Positions 26,468 to 36,237 of a DNA stretch of 38,386 nucleotides are shown here, piece after piece. The position numbers and the translations under genes were made by a program. Source of the stretch: Patescibacteria group bacterium (GTDB lineage Bacteria > Patescibacteriota > WWE3 > UBA101185 > UBA10185). The notes below the pieces were generated by a model. The model saw only the letters and a list, made by a program, of their open reading frames with translations, did not search any database and was not told the origin of the DNA. Where the stretch lies: contig JAHJEV010000003.1 in the NCBI GenBank assembly GCA_018825365.1, forward strand, positions 68,284-106,669. Reading direction: 5' to 3'. The stretch's first letter is position 1, and each line of letters starts with the position of its first letter.

Positions 26468-26540
26468 AACTGGAAAGCCACTCCTTTTAACACCAAATAT
26501 AAGCTAATTTGTTTATTAGTAAAACCTGTCCCTCCAAATG

Positions 26541-27206
26541 TTATTTGTTAAATAATTTAGCTACCCAGCCGAATAAACTGAATTTACTTTCATTTTGAGT
26601 AACAAAGTTACTAATATTTGTCTGTTCCTGCTCAAGTGCTGTGATTTGATTTTGCAATATCGTCTTATCTTCCTCAATTGTTGCTCTTTCAACTAATCCT
26701 TTAAGTTGGTCTACTCTATTTCTAGTTTTTACCATCTCACTTCTGAGGCCCCCAAGATTTTTATAGTCCGATCCGATAAGGAAAGTCTTTATCTTGCTTC
26801 TGCCCTCAACCGCATTAAGTTTTTCGGAAACCTTAGTCTTGGAATCATTCTGTTGCTGTGCAATTACTCTAACTTGCTCCCCAATGCCACCTTCTCTATC
26901 AGCTACGGTTAGAAGGTTTTGAACAAAGGTTGCTACTACGCTTCTGTGAGTAGCGGCGGTTTCCTGACCTTTCCTTTCTTTTACTATGCTTTTCTTGTTA
27001 CTATTTTGGTTCTGCTCGTCTGACAGGCTATTTTGATTTTGATTATTCGCATTCCCAGTTTCTTTTCCTTTTGAATTCTGGGCCTCTATCGCTTGTCCTG
27101 ATTTAGGGGCGGCTAGTACTCTTACAAAAGAGGAAGGAACAGCAAAAACTAGAAAAGAAGATACTGCTACTAATGCTGTTAGCATCTTTGTGTTTTGTTT
27201 TTTCAT
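26541..27206 (-). CDS. Secreted coiled-coil hypothetical protein
   Basis: Signal peptide, N/Q-rich linker, HRSVVATFVQNLL...GGIGEQVR...FLIGSDYKNLG...FSLFGW. Confidence 0.75.
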   Translation of the reverse strand: MKKQNTKMLTALVAVSSFLVFAVPSSFVRVLAAPKSGQAIEAQNSKGKETGNANNQNQNSLSDEQNQNSNKKSIVKERKGQETAATHRSVVATFVQNLLTVADREGGIGEQVRVIAQQQNDSKTKVSEKLNAVEGRSKIKTFLIGSDYKNLGGLRSEMVKTRNRVDQLKGLVERATIEEDKTILQNQITALEQEQTNISNFVTQNESKFSLFGWVAKLFNK

Positions 27207-27242
27207 GTTATTAGCATAGCATAAATCTTGTCAACGTATAAC

Positions 27243-28820
27243 TCATTTTAGTGTATTCGAAACAACTCTAGGTTCGAATCTATATATTACGGTAACAACC
27301 TTATTGTTTTGTACAAAAGAGTAAATAAGTTTCCTTGATCCGTAATTTATAAAGCGATAATCCATAACAAAATTCATCGGCCGTTTTATTCCGATGGCAT
27401 AAAAACCTCCCTCTACCCCATATTTTGTGTCCATATATTTTTCGCCTATACTCTTATCCTCATTAGTTATGTATTTGAAATTTTCATTATTAGTTTGATT
27501 CAGATTATTTACCAAGTCATTCACTTCATTCCAAAATCGGTGATGAGTAAAACCAAAAAGCGGTATGTAGGAGCCTCTCATATACTCCGGTTTTATTTCT
27601 TTTATTCCTTTTGCAACTAGATTAATGATATCTTTCTTTGGCCTAAGGTAATTTTTTACCTTTAGTGTTTTATTTACGAATGGATATTCCACTGAATGAT
27701 CAACATATAAAACGTATGTTTGGAAATACAAGAAAGAGACTAACACAAGAATAATCGGGGCATAAAGTATTTTTGTTACTATATGTAAGTTAATGATTGA
27801 TCCTAATCCAATTCCGGCCAGAATAATTAGAGGTAATAGGAAGTTATAGAAGTGGGTACCTGGATTTTTTACAAATATTTCAAAAAATCCAAATACGACC
27901 CCAAACCATATTAGCATTGGAAAACTTTTTTTAATGCTGATTAAACCTACGACTGCTGATATGAGCAGCAGAGGTAATGTGAGAAATGGATTATATAGTT
28001 CTGTTAGCGCTTTATATAAAGGTATTTTTGAGTATCCCAAATCAAGTCCTATTCTAGCTGTGGCGTACGTTAGGTTCCTTTCATAGAAACTGAAGGTAAC
28101 AGTGTACGGAATGATGTAAGGCAGTGTAATAGCAAGACCAAGTGTAATATTTAAAAGCAATACTTTAATAGTAGCTTTCCTGTTTTCTTTACCCTTTAGA
28201 AAAGACTTAGTGATAATAAACATAACTATTGGGGCAACTAGTATGGCATCCCAATGTGAAAGAACCGATAAACACCAAAAGAAGGTTCCCAAAAGGCTGA
28301 TTTTGAGGCTCCTTTTATCAGAAAGGGGTTGATCAATAATTTTTGAATACAGATAAAGGGCAATAAAAGAAAAAAGGAGGTTAAGATTTTGATACTGAGC
28401 TATTCTTCCAAATCCCGAAATGAAACCATTAGTAATAAAAAGAAGAGATGACAAGAAAGCCATTAATTTACTTTTAGTAATGTTTTTTACAAATAAGAAA
28501 AAGAAAACAATCGATAGTGTTGAGGCGATGCTAAACGGAAGTCTTTCAGCGGTCTCGTTGAGAAAGTTCCCGGTAAAAAGATACGGAATATATGAAACGA
28601 TAAACTGCATCGGGCCTTTTCTTTGTCTCAATAAAAAATTCCAAGCAGTCTCACCATTATTAAGACTTAGGAACGCTTTGTATTCGTCACCGTGATAGTC
28701 CGAGTAACCGAGATTTTTAAATCTTAGGGGTATCGCGAGTGAAACCAAAATAGCTATCAAAAAAATTGTAGATTTGTTTCTTTTAAAATAATCAAAGAGT
28801 TTAGATATTAATTTTTTCAT
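27243..28820 (-). CDS. GT-C fold glycosyltransferase (ArnT/GT39-like)
   Basis: GDE after the first TM, KGP, ERLP, GRIAQY, SHW. Start ATG 28820 overlaps the upstream stop (ATGA). Confidence 0.8.
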   Translation of the reverse strand: MKKLISKLFDYFKRNKSTIFLIAILVSLAIPLRFKNLGYSDYHGDEYKAFLSLNNGETAWNFLLRQRKGPMQFIVSYIPYLFTGNFLNETAERLPFSIASTLSIVFFFLFVKNITKSKLMAFLSSLLFITNGFISGFGRIAQYQNLNLLFSFIALYLYSKIIDQPLSDKRSLKISLLGTFFWCLSVLSHWDAILVAPIVMFIITKSFLKGKENRKATIKVLLLNITLGLAITLPYIIPYTVTFSFYERNLTYATARIGLDLGYSKIPLYKALTELYNPFLTLPLLLISAVVGLISIKKSFPMLIWFGVVFGFFEIFVKNPGTHFYNFLLPLIILAGIGLGSIINLHIVTKILYAPIILVLVSFLYFQTYVLYVDHSVEYPFVNKTLKVKNYLRPKKDIINLVAKGIKEIKPEYMRGSYIPLFGFTHHRFWNEVNDLVNNLNQTNNENFKYITNEDKSIGEKYMDTKYGVEGGFYAIGIKRPMNFVMDYRFINYGSRKLIYSFVQNNKVVTVIYRFEPRVVSNTLK

Positions 28821-29929
28821 GGGTGCCATACGTGAAAACCATCTTCCCACTGTTTTAAGTACCAAAAGCAGAATATCCAATAAAGTATATTTGGTAAATA
28901 ATACAAAATCTGTTTTTTGTATTTTTGCGAGATTTCAAAAGTTGCCAATAGGAAAATTGGTACAAACCAAGTCAAATAGGTTCTGTTCAAAACCGGGGTA
29001 AATATAAGGAAATTCAAAGCTGAAAGAGAAGCTAAAGTGTATTTGTTTTTAATCTTGAATAAAAAGTAACCCGCTAAGATTAAAACCCACCCGAAAAACG
29101 TGGCAAGTTTGTTGTAAACAGATAGCGGAATGATCTGAAATAACTCAATTTTATAAAAATAACTAATGTAAAAAAGAAAAGGTCTGCCCTGCAACACTCT
29201 ATTTGAATGAACAAGTAGTGTACCGTTAAGGTAAGTCGTTATTTCCTTAAGCCCCAAAATAAAAGGAATGGAAACAATGATAAAAATAATTCCACAGGCT
29301 AAAACAAATTGGTACCACTTTTTTGATTTGATAAGAAATAGTGGGAGAAAAATTAAAGCAATAGGTTTAAATATCACCGAAAGTGTGAAAAAGGATGCGG
29401 TCAAAACATCGTCTTTTTCAAGATAGATTAAAGACAGAAGTATAAAAAATACAGGTATCGGATCAACTAAAGAGTAGCCGCTTCTCGCTGCCATATAGGG
29501 GTTAAAAATCCATGCGGTAAGCGCAAAAAGCCCAGCAAAGTAGTTTTTCTTGTAAAGGTGTTTAAAAAGAATTATTGCAACTCCCAAGTCGCATAACAAA
29601 ACCGGTATTTTCCAAAGTATGTAATAGGGAATTTGTGTGACAGGTGCTAAAGCGTACAAAAAAGTAAAAAGATATAAAAATCCCGGAAAATATGCGTATC
29701 CGTGTCCACCAATGTCACCTGCGTTTTTATATGATTCGATCGTTTGTTGATAGAGATTTCCACCACTTAGAAGTGTTTCGATAGCCGAAATATAAGTTCT
29801 ATAATCTTTTCCTGACTCAGGAAAATCTAATACCCGCTTAAATGTTCCACAAGCTAAAACTAGGATAACAGCAGATATTTTTAAGTATTTCAATAGAGGT
29901 TTTGATAAGAAAGATCTTAGGATGTTCAT
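28817..29929 (-). CDS. GT-C glycosyltransferase (GT87/DUF2029-like)
   Basis: D after TM1, YAYFPG, KIPVLLCD, FNP, DPIP, FKP motifs. Confidence 0.75.
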   Translation of the reverse strand: MNILRSFLSKPLLKYLKISAVILVLACGTFKRVLDFPESGKDYRTYISAIETLLSGGNLYQQTIESYKNAGDIGGHGYAYFPGFLYLFTFLYALAPVTQIPYYILWKIPVLLCDLGVAIILFKHLYKKNYFAGLFALTAWIFNPYMAARSGYSLVDPIPVFFILLSLIYLEKDDVLTASFFTLSVIFKPIALIFLPLFLIKSKKWYQFVLACGIIFIIVSIPFILGLKEITTYLNGTLLVHSNRVLQGRPFLFYISYFYKIELFQIIPLSVYNKLATFFGWVLILAGYFLFKIKNKYTLASLSALNFLIFTPVLNRTYLTWFVPIFLLATFEISQKYKKQILYYLPNILYWIFCFWYLKQWEDGFHVWHP

Positions 29930-30051
29930 ATGACGATGATACTACAGGAAATTAACACTATAAAGTGTTATGAGCGTTTCCACTAACATTAGGATTTACG
30001 CTTTCATCATTAAGTTTTTGTGAAGTAAGTCTTTTAGAATGTCCGTAAAAG

Positions 30052-30825
30052 TTATATAGCGAAATAATCTGCCGTCGATTTAATTATTAGTCTGTTTGTT
30101 TCAACTCGTTTGTTTATATCGTTTTTTCCGGGGGTTTCGGTGCACGCGCATTTGGGTACACCCCGACTAAACATAAAATCTTCAAAAGTTCCGTCGTGCT
30201 CATTAAACGAAAGACCATCTTTGATGATGCTGCCTTCAATTTCGCAATCCTTTATTATTTGAAATTGTTGTGTTCCAACATCAAGTAAAGTTTGTGTAAA
30301 CTTCCCGGGAGTCTTCGAGTTCTCAAATGTATATAGATAAAACCCATCCTTTTCCGCTGGTTCTTCGTGCAATGAAATAAAACAGTCCTTTGCGCAGGAT
30401 AGCAACAAGTCGAGGTTATTCATCAAAATCAGTCCCTCCTTGGATAATGGTTCTGTGCTAGGAGGACAAAACCCCAAAGCTGCGTTTTCCCCATATTTAT
30501 TATATGGACAGCCGACCGCAAATCCAGTTGGATTCACTAAAGGCAGAAAAGAAATGTTTGCTTGTTTAGTTGCGTTTTCTTTTTCTGTTTTCAGAAATTT
30601 CAAAATCCCCCAACAACCAGCAGGTTCTTCCCCATGGAAACCACCTGCTATTAAAATATGCGGCTTACTTTTGTGAGCACGTTTGGGCGACAGAAGCGTT
30701 ATCGGGTATTTATCAACCATTCCCAAACAAGTATTTTTATAACCCGCGCTTTCGCTAACATCGCTTTGTATTGTCAGAAAAGTATCAATATCGAATGGTT
30801 TTGTTATATTATTTAGGTTCTGCAT
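30052..30825 (-). CDS. M14-family metallocarboxypeptidase / succinylglutamate desuccinylase-like protein
   Basis: GGFHGEEPAG, VNPTG, ISLHE, TETP. Confidence 0.85.
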   Translation of the reverse strand: MQNLNNITKPFDIDTFLTIQSDVSESAGYKNTCLGMVDKYPITLLSPKRAHKSKPHILIAGGFHGEEPAGCWGILKFLKTEKENATKQANISFLPLVNPTGFAVGCPYNKYGENAALGFCPPSTEPLSKEGLILMNNLDLLLSCAKDCFISLHEEPAEKDGFYLYTFENSKTPGKFTQTLLDVGTQQFQIIKDCEIEGSIIKDGLSFNEHDGTFEDFMFSRGVPKCACTETPGKNDINKRVETNRLIIKSTADYFAI

Positions 30826-30853
30826 GTAGCTACGATATTACAGGAAATTTGCA

Positions 30854-31924
30854 CTATAAAGCACTAGAGGCGTTTCCACTATCGTCATTAAGTTTTCGTG
30901 CAATAAGTCTTTTTAGAATGTCTGTAAATGGTATCCCATATAAGCCTTCAATAATAAGGCCAATTGCTGTATCTAATTTCTTTGGGCCAAATGCTGGATT
31001 TAGATTTACATCTATAAAATAAAATCTTCCTGAGGCGTCCTGTCTCACATCGAATTTTCCGTAATCTTCCATTCTTGTTATCTCAAAAGCTTTTCTGGCA
31101 AATTCCTTAAGATTGGCATCTTCGTATTTCTGATATGTGTATGCTTGATCTTCAGGTTTCTTATCTGCTTCTGTCCACTGATCCTCAAAGGTTGCGATTT
31201 TATATTTCTGGCCAGGTTTATTAAATATCTTTTCAGCCATATATGTTTTAATGTTTAAACCTTGAAGCATATACACAACTATTTCTCTTCCCGCGATATA
31301 CTCTTCAACTAAAACCGATTGTTTGTATGTTTTGATAAGAAACTCCATGCGTTCTCTAAGCTCTTTCTCGTTCTCTGAGATTGCTTTATTTGATATTTCT
31401 ACCGCTCCGTGTATTTCGTTTAGTTTTGAAATTAATGGAAATCTCAAATTTATATCTAGGGGTTCGTGCGAGGTGTTGAAAAGCTGAAAATTTGGAACGG
31501 GAACACCTGAGTTTTGTAAAAGTTTTTTAGTTAAAAACTTATTGTAACAAAGAGCAAGTCCCAAAAGCCCCGCACCTGTATATGGTATGTCCATCATATC
31601 CAGAATTCCGGGAATGGTTGAGGATAGGTAGTCGTTCCCTTTTATGGAATCGACAAGATTAAAAATCATTCCGGGCCTGTTTCTTAAAATAGATGAAGCT
31701 AGTGTTTCGTTTCCGGGGTAAAGAAAAACCTGACACCCAAGTTTTTTAATTTCCTCTGCAATTATAGTTGCGTCGCTTAACGCATCCTTCTCTGTAATGT
31801 AGTGCTGTTCGGTTGAGAAGTACTCTCTTTTGACATCGCTATACACAACACCAATTTTTGGTGTCTCACTAAGTTTACTTAAGTCTGGGGGCTCCTTTGT
31901 CGAAACCGCGTCTGTACTCATCAA
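30854..31924 (-). CDS. D-Ala-D-Ala ligase-like ATP-grasp enzyme
   Basis: IPYTG, NKFLTKKLL, VLVEEYIAGRE, YGKFDVR, FIDVNLNP; lacks the canonical Ddl GGxSxE N-terminal motif. Confidence 0.85.
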   Translation of the reverse strand: MMSTDAVSTKEPPDLSKLSETPKIGVVYSDVKREYFSTEQHYITEKDALSDATIIAEEIKKLGCQVFLYPGNETLASSILRNRPGMIFNLVDSIKGNDYLSSTIPGILDMMDIPYTGAGLLGLALCYNKFLTKKLLQNSGVPVPNFQLFNTSHEPLDINLRFPLISKLNEIHGAVEISNKAISENEKELRERMEFLIKTYKQSVLVEEYIAGREIVVYMLQGLNIKTYMAEKIFNKPGQKYKIATFEDQWTEADKKPEDQAYTYQKYEDANLKEFARKAFEITRMEDYGKFDVRQDASGRFYFIDVNLNPAFGPKKLDTAIGLIIEGLYGIPFTDILKRLIARKLNDDSGNASSAL

Positions 31925-31987
31925 GTAAAAATTATAGACATAATGTTGGAAATGTTAATAGGTAATATCCGAATATTTATAACTGAA

Positions 31988-32941
31988 TTACACACGAACA
32001 AGTGTTAATGAGTATAAGTAAAGTCCCATCAGCAACAGTAATATGACACCAACAGATTTAGGCACCGTGATGTTTTTAAAGATTTTAACAATACTAAAAA
32101 TTGTTAAGGTGGCAAAAGCAAACCAAATCCAGTCTGTTACAAATAAGTCGACCGCTTGTGAGAAAAATGCGGATATTCCCCCAATGATCGTTAGATTATA
32201 TATGTTGCTTCCAATTATATTGCCTAAAGTTAGTTTCTCTTCGTTTTCGTTTTGGCTGAATATTGTTGTTAATAATTCTGGCAGTGATGTGGCTATTGCA
32301 GTTAAAGAAAGTCCCAGAATAGCAGTACTATAGCCGGAAAGTTCCGAGAGGCTTTCGGTAGATTTTACAATTAATATCCCACCCAACATGATTCCAATTA
32401 ATGAAAGAAAAAGAGTCAGTAGACTAATGAGTGTAAAGTTCCTACCTTCGTTTTGTTGTTTACGGACCCGGAATGCATCTTCGTGAGACCCTCCCTCTAC
32501 GCCCCATTTGTATTCCAAAAATGTAACCAAAATACCCAAACCTATTAGCAAAATTCCGGAAAAAAAGGAGTTGATCTTAAAAACATATAGAATAAAAAAT
32601 ACAACTGATATTATCGCTAAAGCAGTGATTGTTCTTTGTGTCTTTGTCGTTCCTATCCTCAGTTTTCCTATTAAAATTCCGATGGGTAGTACTAATAAAA
32701 CGTTAGAAATATTAGACCCGATTATATTTCCTATAGCCAGACCATAATCATTGCTAATCGCAGCAGTTGCAGATACAGCAAGTTCCGGAAGAGATGTCCC
32801 CAACGCCACAATCGTAATTCCGGTTATTAATGGGGAGATGCGCAGTTTGTTGGCCAGTAGTTTTGAAAGCTTTACTAAAAGGCTGGTGCTTGGTAATAGA
32901 ACCAATAGTCCCAAAATAAAAATCATGGACTGAATTGCCAT
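31988..32941 (-). CDS. Calcium/sodium antiporter (YrbG/CaCA family)
   Basis: Two alpha repeats GTSLPE / ATSLPE, each followed by GNIIGSNI. Confidence 0.93.
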   Translation of the reverse strand: MAIQSMIFILGLLVLLPSTSLLVKLSKLLANKLRISPLITGITIVALGTSLPELAVSATAAISNDYGLAIGNIIGSNISNVLLVLPIGILIGKLRIGTTKTQRTITALAIISVVFFILYVFKINSFFSGILLIGLGILVTFLEYKWGVEGGSHEDAFRVRKQQNEGRNFTLISLLTLFLSLIGIMLGGILIVKSTESLSELSGYSTAILGLSLTAIATSLPELLTTIFSQNENEEKLTLGNIIGSNIYNLTIIGGISAFFSQAVDLFVTDWIWFAFATLTIFSIVKIFKNITVPKSVGVILLLLMGLYLYSLTLVRV

Positions 32942-33069
32942 AGTCTAATTATACATATTTTATAAACAGCGACTTATGAAAGGGAATTGGGTTACATTGA
33001 TTGAGTAGAAAAATGTGTTAAATGAATAAACCGTTTTGCATTTCGCTGACTATTTTGTACGATTACCTT

Positions 33070-33510
33070 ATGAATACTAAAAAACAATTCGAAAATATAG
33101 TTGTGTTTTCCGCATCGACTCGTACATCTCTTGAGGCAGCAAAACAACTAGGATGTGAGGTAGCACAAATAGCCAAATCTATAGTGTTTCGCGGATCAAA
33201 AACCGGAAAACCGGTTTTAGTAATAGCTTGCGGTAACCACCGTATCGATGAGAAAAAGGTGGCTGCACTTATTGGCGAGGGTGTTGAGAAAGCTGACGCT
33301 AACTACTGTAGGGAAAAAACCGGTTTTGTCATTGGAGGAATTCCTCCCTATGGGCATCCGACTAAAATTCAAACACTTTTTGATGAGTCTTTGTTTCAGT
33401 ATGACGTTATCTGGGCGGCTGCGGGCACTCCTAATTCAGTATTTCAAACGATCCCGAGTGAACTTATGGAAAAAACATTGGCAACATGTGCTGATGTGGC
33501 ATTAGAGTGA
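33070..33510 (+). CDS. YbaK/EbsC aminoacyl-tRNA deacylase family protein
   Basis: QIAKSIVF, TGFVIGGIPPYG, WAAAG. ATG 33070 (TACGAT 6 nt upstream). Confidence 0.92.
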   Translation: MNTKKQFENIVVFSASTRTSLEAAKQLGCEVAQIAKSIVFRGSKTGKPVLVIACGNHRIDEKKVAALIGEGVEKADANYCREKTGFVIGGIPPYGHPTKIQTLFDESLFQYDVIWAAAGTPNSVFQTIPSELMEKTLATCADVALE

Positions 33511-33563
33511 GTAGATGAGTTGAATAATCAGGAAACAATACTAATGTGCTTCCAAATTAGTAT

Positions 33564-33592
33564 TGGTGGACCGAGTGTCAGGATGTGCAAAC
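33564..33592 (+). repeat. 29-bp cassette-boundary motif, copy F
   Basis: TGGTGGACCGAGTGTCAGGATGTGCAAAC. Confidence 0.85.
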
Positions 33593-33636
33593 TATGTATA
33601 TCATCAGAACATCAATAGAAGATGTAAAATAAACGT

Positions 33637-34551
33637 GTGGAAACTCTTGAAGAAAAATTAAAGCGCGTTAAATTAGTTTTTAATATTGACGAAGTTATAA
33701 GCAGACGTACAAACCTGGATGATATTAAAAATTATTATAGGGTTAATATAATCCCCTATTTTCTTTTTCATAATAAACGAGACTTCGTTCATAATGGTAT
33801 ATCTAGAGGCAAAAGATATTCGGATAAAGATGTATATGAACAGCCCAAAATAGTAGAAAAATATATAAGAGAGATGGGTGCAAAAAGGTGTTTAGAATTA
33901 GCGACTGGAAAAGGAGCCTCAAGTTTTTATTTAGCAGAAATATTTCCCAACGTAAAATTCTTTGCTATTAATCTTGCTGACGGACAGTTAGAGATTGCTA
34001 AAAAGAAAGCCCGTCGAGTAGATAACTTCTTCCCAGAAGAAGGAGACTACCACGATTTAGGCAATTACCATGATAACGACTTTGATATAGTATTTGTGTT
34101 TGAGGCTCTTTGCCACAGCAATGACAAGGGAAAAGTCGCAAAGCAGGTATACAGACTGTTAAAGCAAGGTGGTTTGTTTATAGTCATTGATGGTTACTTA
34201 AATAAACCGTTAGGTGAACTTAGCGAAACCGAATTGTTAGCAAAAAAGCTTTCGGAAAGGGGGATAGTAGTAGAAAAATTCGAATTATATGACGATGTTA
34301 AGAAAGACATCGTTACAAAAGGTTTTCAAGTAATATATGAAAAGAATGCTTCTCTCTTGGTCCTACCTTCCTTGTATAGATTTGAGAAACTATCTCATGA
34401 AGTGCTTTTTAGAATTCCTTTGTTTGGAAAAATGATAGTCAAATTACTACCAAGAGATTTTGTTAATAACGCTTTGTCAGGTTACTTAATGCCCACTTTA
34501 ATCCAAACTAAAGTAGCTTGCTATTGCATCACTGTTTTTGAAAAGGTTTAG
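33637..34551 (+). CDS. Class I SAM-dependent methyltransferase (small-molecule/lipid type)
   Basis: CLELATGKG, GDYHDL, FDIVFVFEALCH, LKQGGLFIVID. Confidence 0.88.
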   Translation: METLEEKLKRVKLVFNIDEVISRRTNLDDIKNYYRVNIIPYFLFHNKRDFVHNGISRGKRYSDKDVYEQPKIVEKYIREMGAKRCLELATGKGASSFYLAEIFPNVKFFAINLADGQLEIAKKKARRVDNFFPEEGDYHDLGNYHDNDFDIVFVFEALCHSNDKGKVAKQVYRLLKQGGLFIVIDGYLNKPLGELSETELLAKKLSERGIVVEKFELYDDVKKDIVTKGFQVIYEKNASLLVLPSLYRFEKLSHEVLFRIPLFGKMIVKLLPRDFVNNALSGYLMPTLIQTKVACYCITVFEKV

Positions 34552-34586
34552 TGTTGTAATTATGTCGTTATGATAACCAAAAGTCG

Positions 34587-34615
34587 TGGTGGATCATCTG
34601 TCAGGATGTGCGAAC
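34587..34615 (+). repeat. 29-bp cassette-boundary motif, copy G, with extended left arm
   Basis: TGGTGGATCATCTGTCAGGATGTGCGAAC preceded by GTCGTTATGATAACCAAAAGTCG. Confidence 0.9.
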
Positions 34616-34662
34616 TGAGGTAAAGTTTCTGAAATGCTGGTAAGAAAAAATCTGCGTTACTG

Positions 34663-35805
34663 TTACTCTGGAATATTTAAGGCATCTCTAGTTTTGGGGT
34701 TCTTGATTCCTTTTCTACCCGCATCCACTCCGTGGGCATTGATACATCTATCAATATAGAAAAATAGATTTTCTAAAGTGCCCTCGTAAAGTTGGACACC
34801 TTCCTCATGCATGAGTTTCTTTCCAATAACAAGTGCTCGTGCCCAGGCATTACGTTCATGGAGAGCCGTAACAGTCGCTTGAAACTCGTCGCTTTCTTTA
34901 CTAAGACGATCGGCCACGACCTTTAGCTCACTTTTTACGCATTTCGAGATACCGTCCTGCGCTGTGTCCTGCCTATTTGCCTCAGTATGAGCATAGATTT
35001 CTCTTAGAATGTTTCGTGCCTGCTCATTCAACATATTTTCAAAATCAGCTAGCGAAACCCCCGTGGCCTCAACCCGACGGTTTAACGGATAATTAGCGTG
35101 CGCGGAAAGAGTTGTTTCAATAGAAATAAATTCATGTGTTTTCACTTCCAACAGATTATTTAGTCTTTCCTCAACTTGGGGATTTTTGTAATCTGGGTTT
35201 AAGCCGACAAAAGAGCCCAAACTATCTGAGTTTACATTAAGAAATAATTGTAATGCGCGGAACTGCTCTGAAATCAAACTCTCCTGTTGTCGTTCTTTGG
35301 CGTTTTCTACGTAATCCCATGCGTGTCCTATCTCATGTAATATAGCCAAAGAAGAATCTTTAGTCTCGCCAACTAACAAACCCGTTACCCCCTTTTCTTT
35401 AGCTACTGGCAAACCGATAATGTGCTCCATATCGAAGTAATAAGGACTCAATCCTTCACATTCGTTTATAGATTTAGGGTCCCCGTCCACACTAAGTACG
35501 CCAAGAAAAGTAACTCCACTCGGTAAATACTGGTTCAGGTTCACGTCTTTTATGTAGACCGAAAGCGCCTCTCCTACTCCGCCATGAATTTTTGCGCGGT
35601 CAACATAATGTCCAGCCTCTAGCGTAGCTTTACAATCATTCCAAAAATTTGTCATTAGCTGTTGGATTTTGGGAGCATCATATACCTCTCTACCAATGGA
35701 GTGGCGACTTTCGTTTTCTGCCAATATTTGTAACTCTTCATGTGTCATTTCATATTTCGAGTCGGTACCCATCTGCGTCGAAGGGAAAGTTGTTTCAGAG
35801 GTCAT
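34663..35805 (-). CDS. Hypothetical protein with zincin-like HEXXH motif
   Basis: AILHEIGHAW and distal HERNAWARAL. Confidence 0.65.
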   Translation of the reverse strand: MTSETTFPSTQMGTDSKYEMTHEELQILAENESRHSIGREVYDAPKIQQLMTNFWNDCKATLEAGHYVDRAKIHGGVGEALSVYIKDVNLNQYLPSGVTFLGVLSVDGDPKSINECEGLSPYYFDMEHIIGLPVAKEKGVTGLLVGETKDSSLAILHEIGHAWDYVENAKERQQESLISEQFRALQLFLNVNSDSLGSFVGLNPDYKNPQVEERLNNLLEVKTHEFISIETTLSAHANYPLNRRVEATGVSLADFENMLNEQARNILREIYAHTEANRQDTAQDGISKCVKSELKVVADRLSKESDEFQATVTALHERNAWARALVIGKKLMHEEGVQLYEGTLENLFFYIDRCINAHGVDAGRKGIKNPKTRDALNIPE

Positions 35806-35898
35806 AATTGCATTTTAGCATTGAAATTGGTGAAAAGTGCAACTCCTTCTTGTTCTTGGGTTTGCCGAAAGCGGAGTTGTTATAACAACCAAAAAGCG

Positions 35899-35984
35899 TG
35901 GTGGGCGAGGAGGGAGTCGAACCCTCATCAGCCGAAGCTGACGACATTTTAAGTGTCGCGTGTATGCCATTCCACCACTCGCCC
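35899..35984 (-). tRNA. tRNA-Leu(TAA)
   Basis: GGGCGAG/CTCGCCC acceptor, CGACA-CT-TAA-AA-TGTCG anticodon arm, long variable arm, ACCA. Confidence 0.97.
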
Positions 35985-36064
35985 GAATAATTAGAAACTA
36001 TCACATATTAGCAAATTTCAAAGAATAAGAAAAACCTTGTGAAGCGAGTTGAAAAATATTTTAA

Positions 36065-36140
36065 TGGCGCGCCTGGGGGGAATTGAACCTCCGACCTTTT
36101 CCTTAGAAGGGAACTGCTCTATCCGCTGAGCTACAGGCGC
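36065..36140 (-). tRNA. tRNA-Arg(TCT)
   Basis: GCGCCTG/CAGGCGC acceptor, GTTCC-CT-TCT-AA-GGAAA anticodon arm, GCCA. Confidence 0.93.
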
Positions 36141-36237
36141 AGACATAGTCAATTGTATTAGATTTTAGCGCACAATACAGGTTTTGTCACAGGGGTACCC
36201 TTAGCTTTAAAAGAAGCCGTGTTTTATTATTTCTTTG

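Larger units (their letters stand above)
33564..35898. mobile_element. Two-cassette array downstream of tRNA-Leu(TAA)
   Basis: Motif F - methyltransferase - motif G - HEXXH protein - tRNA 3' end. Confidence 0.72.

Noticed and set aside
30854-31924. Assigning the symbol ddl or a van resistance ligase
   Set aside because: Canonical Ddl/Van motifs are altered and there is no van cluster context.
3174-34615. Motif as classical integron attC sites
   Set aside because: Too short, no RYYYAAC...GTTRRRY-bounded long hairpin, and no intI in the window.
35740-36004. 70-aa and 69-aa ORFs over tRNA-Leu(TAA)
   Set aside because: Read through the tRNA; not credible genes, though one frame is discussed as a possible recombinase-tail relic.
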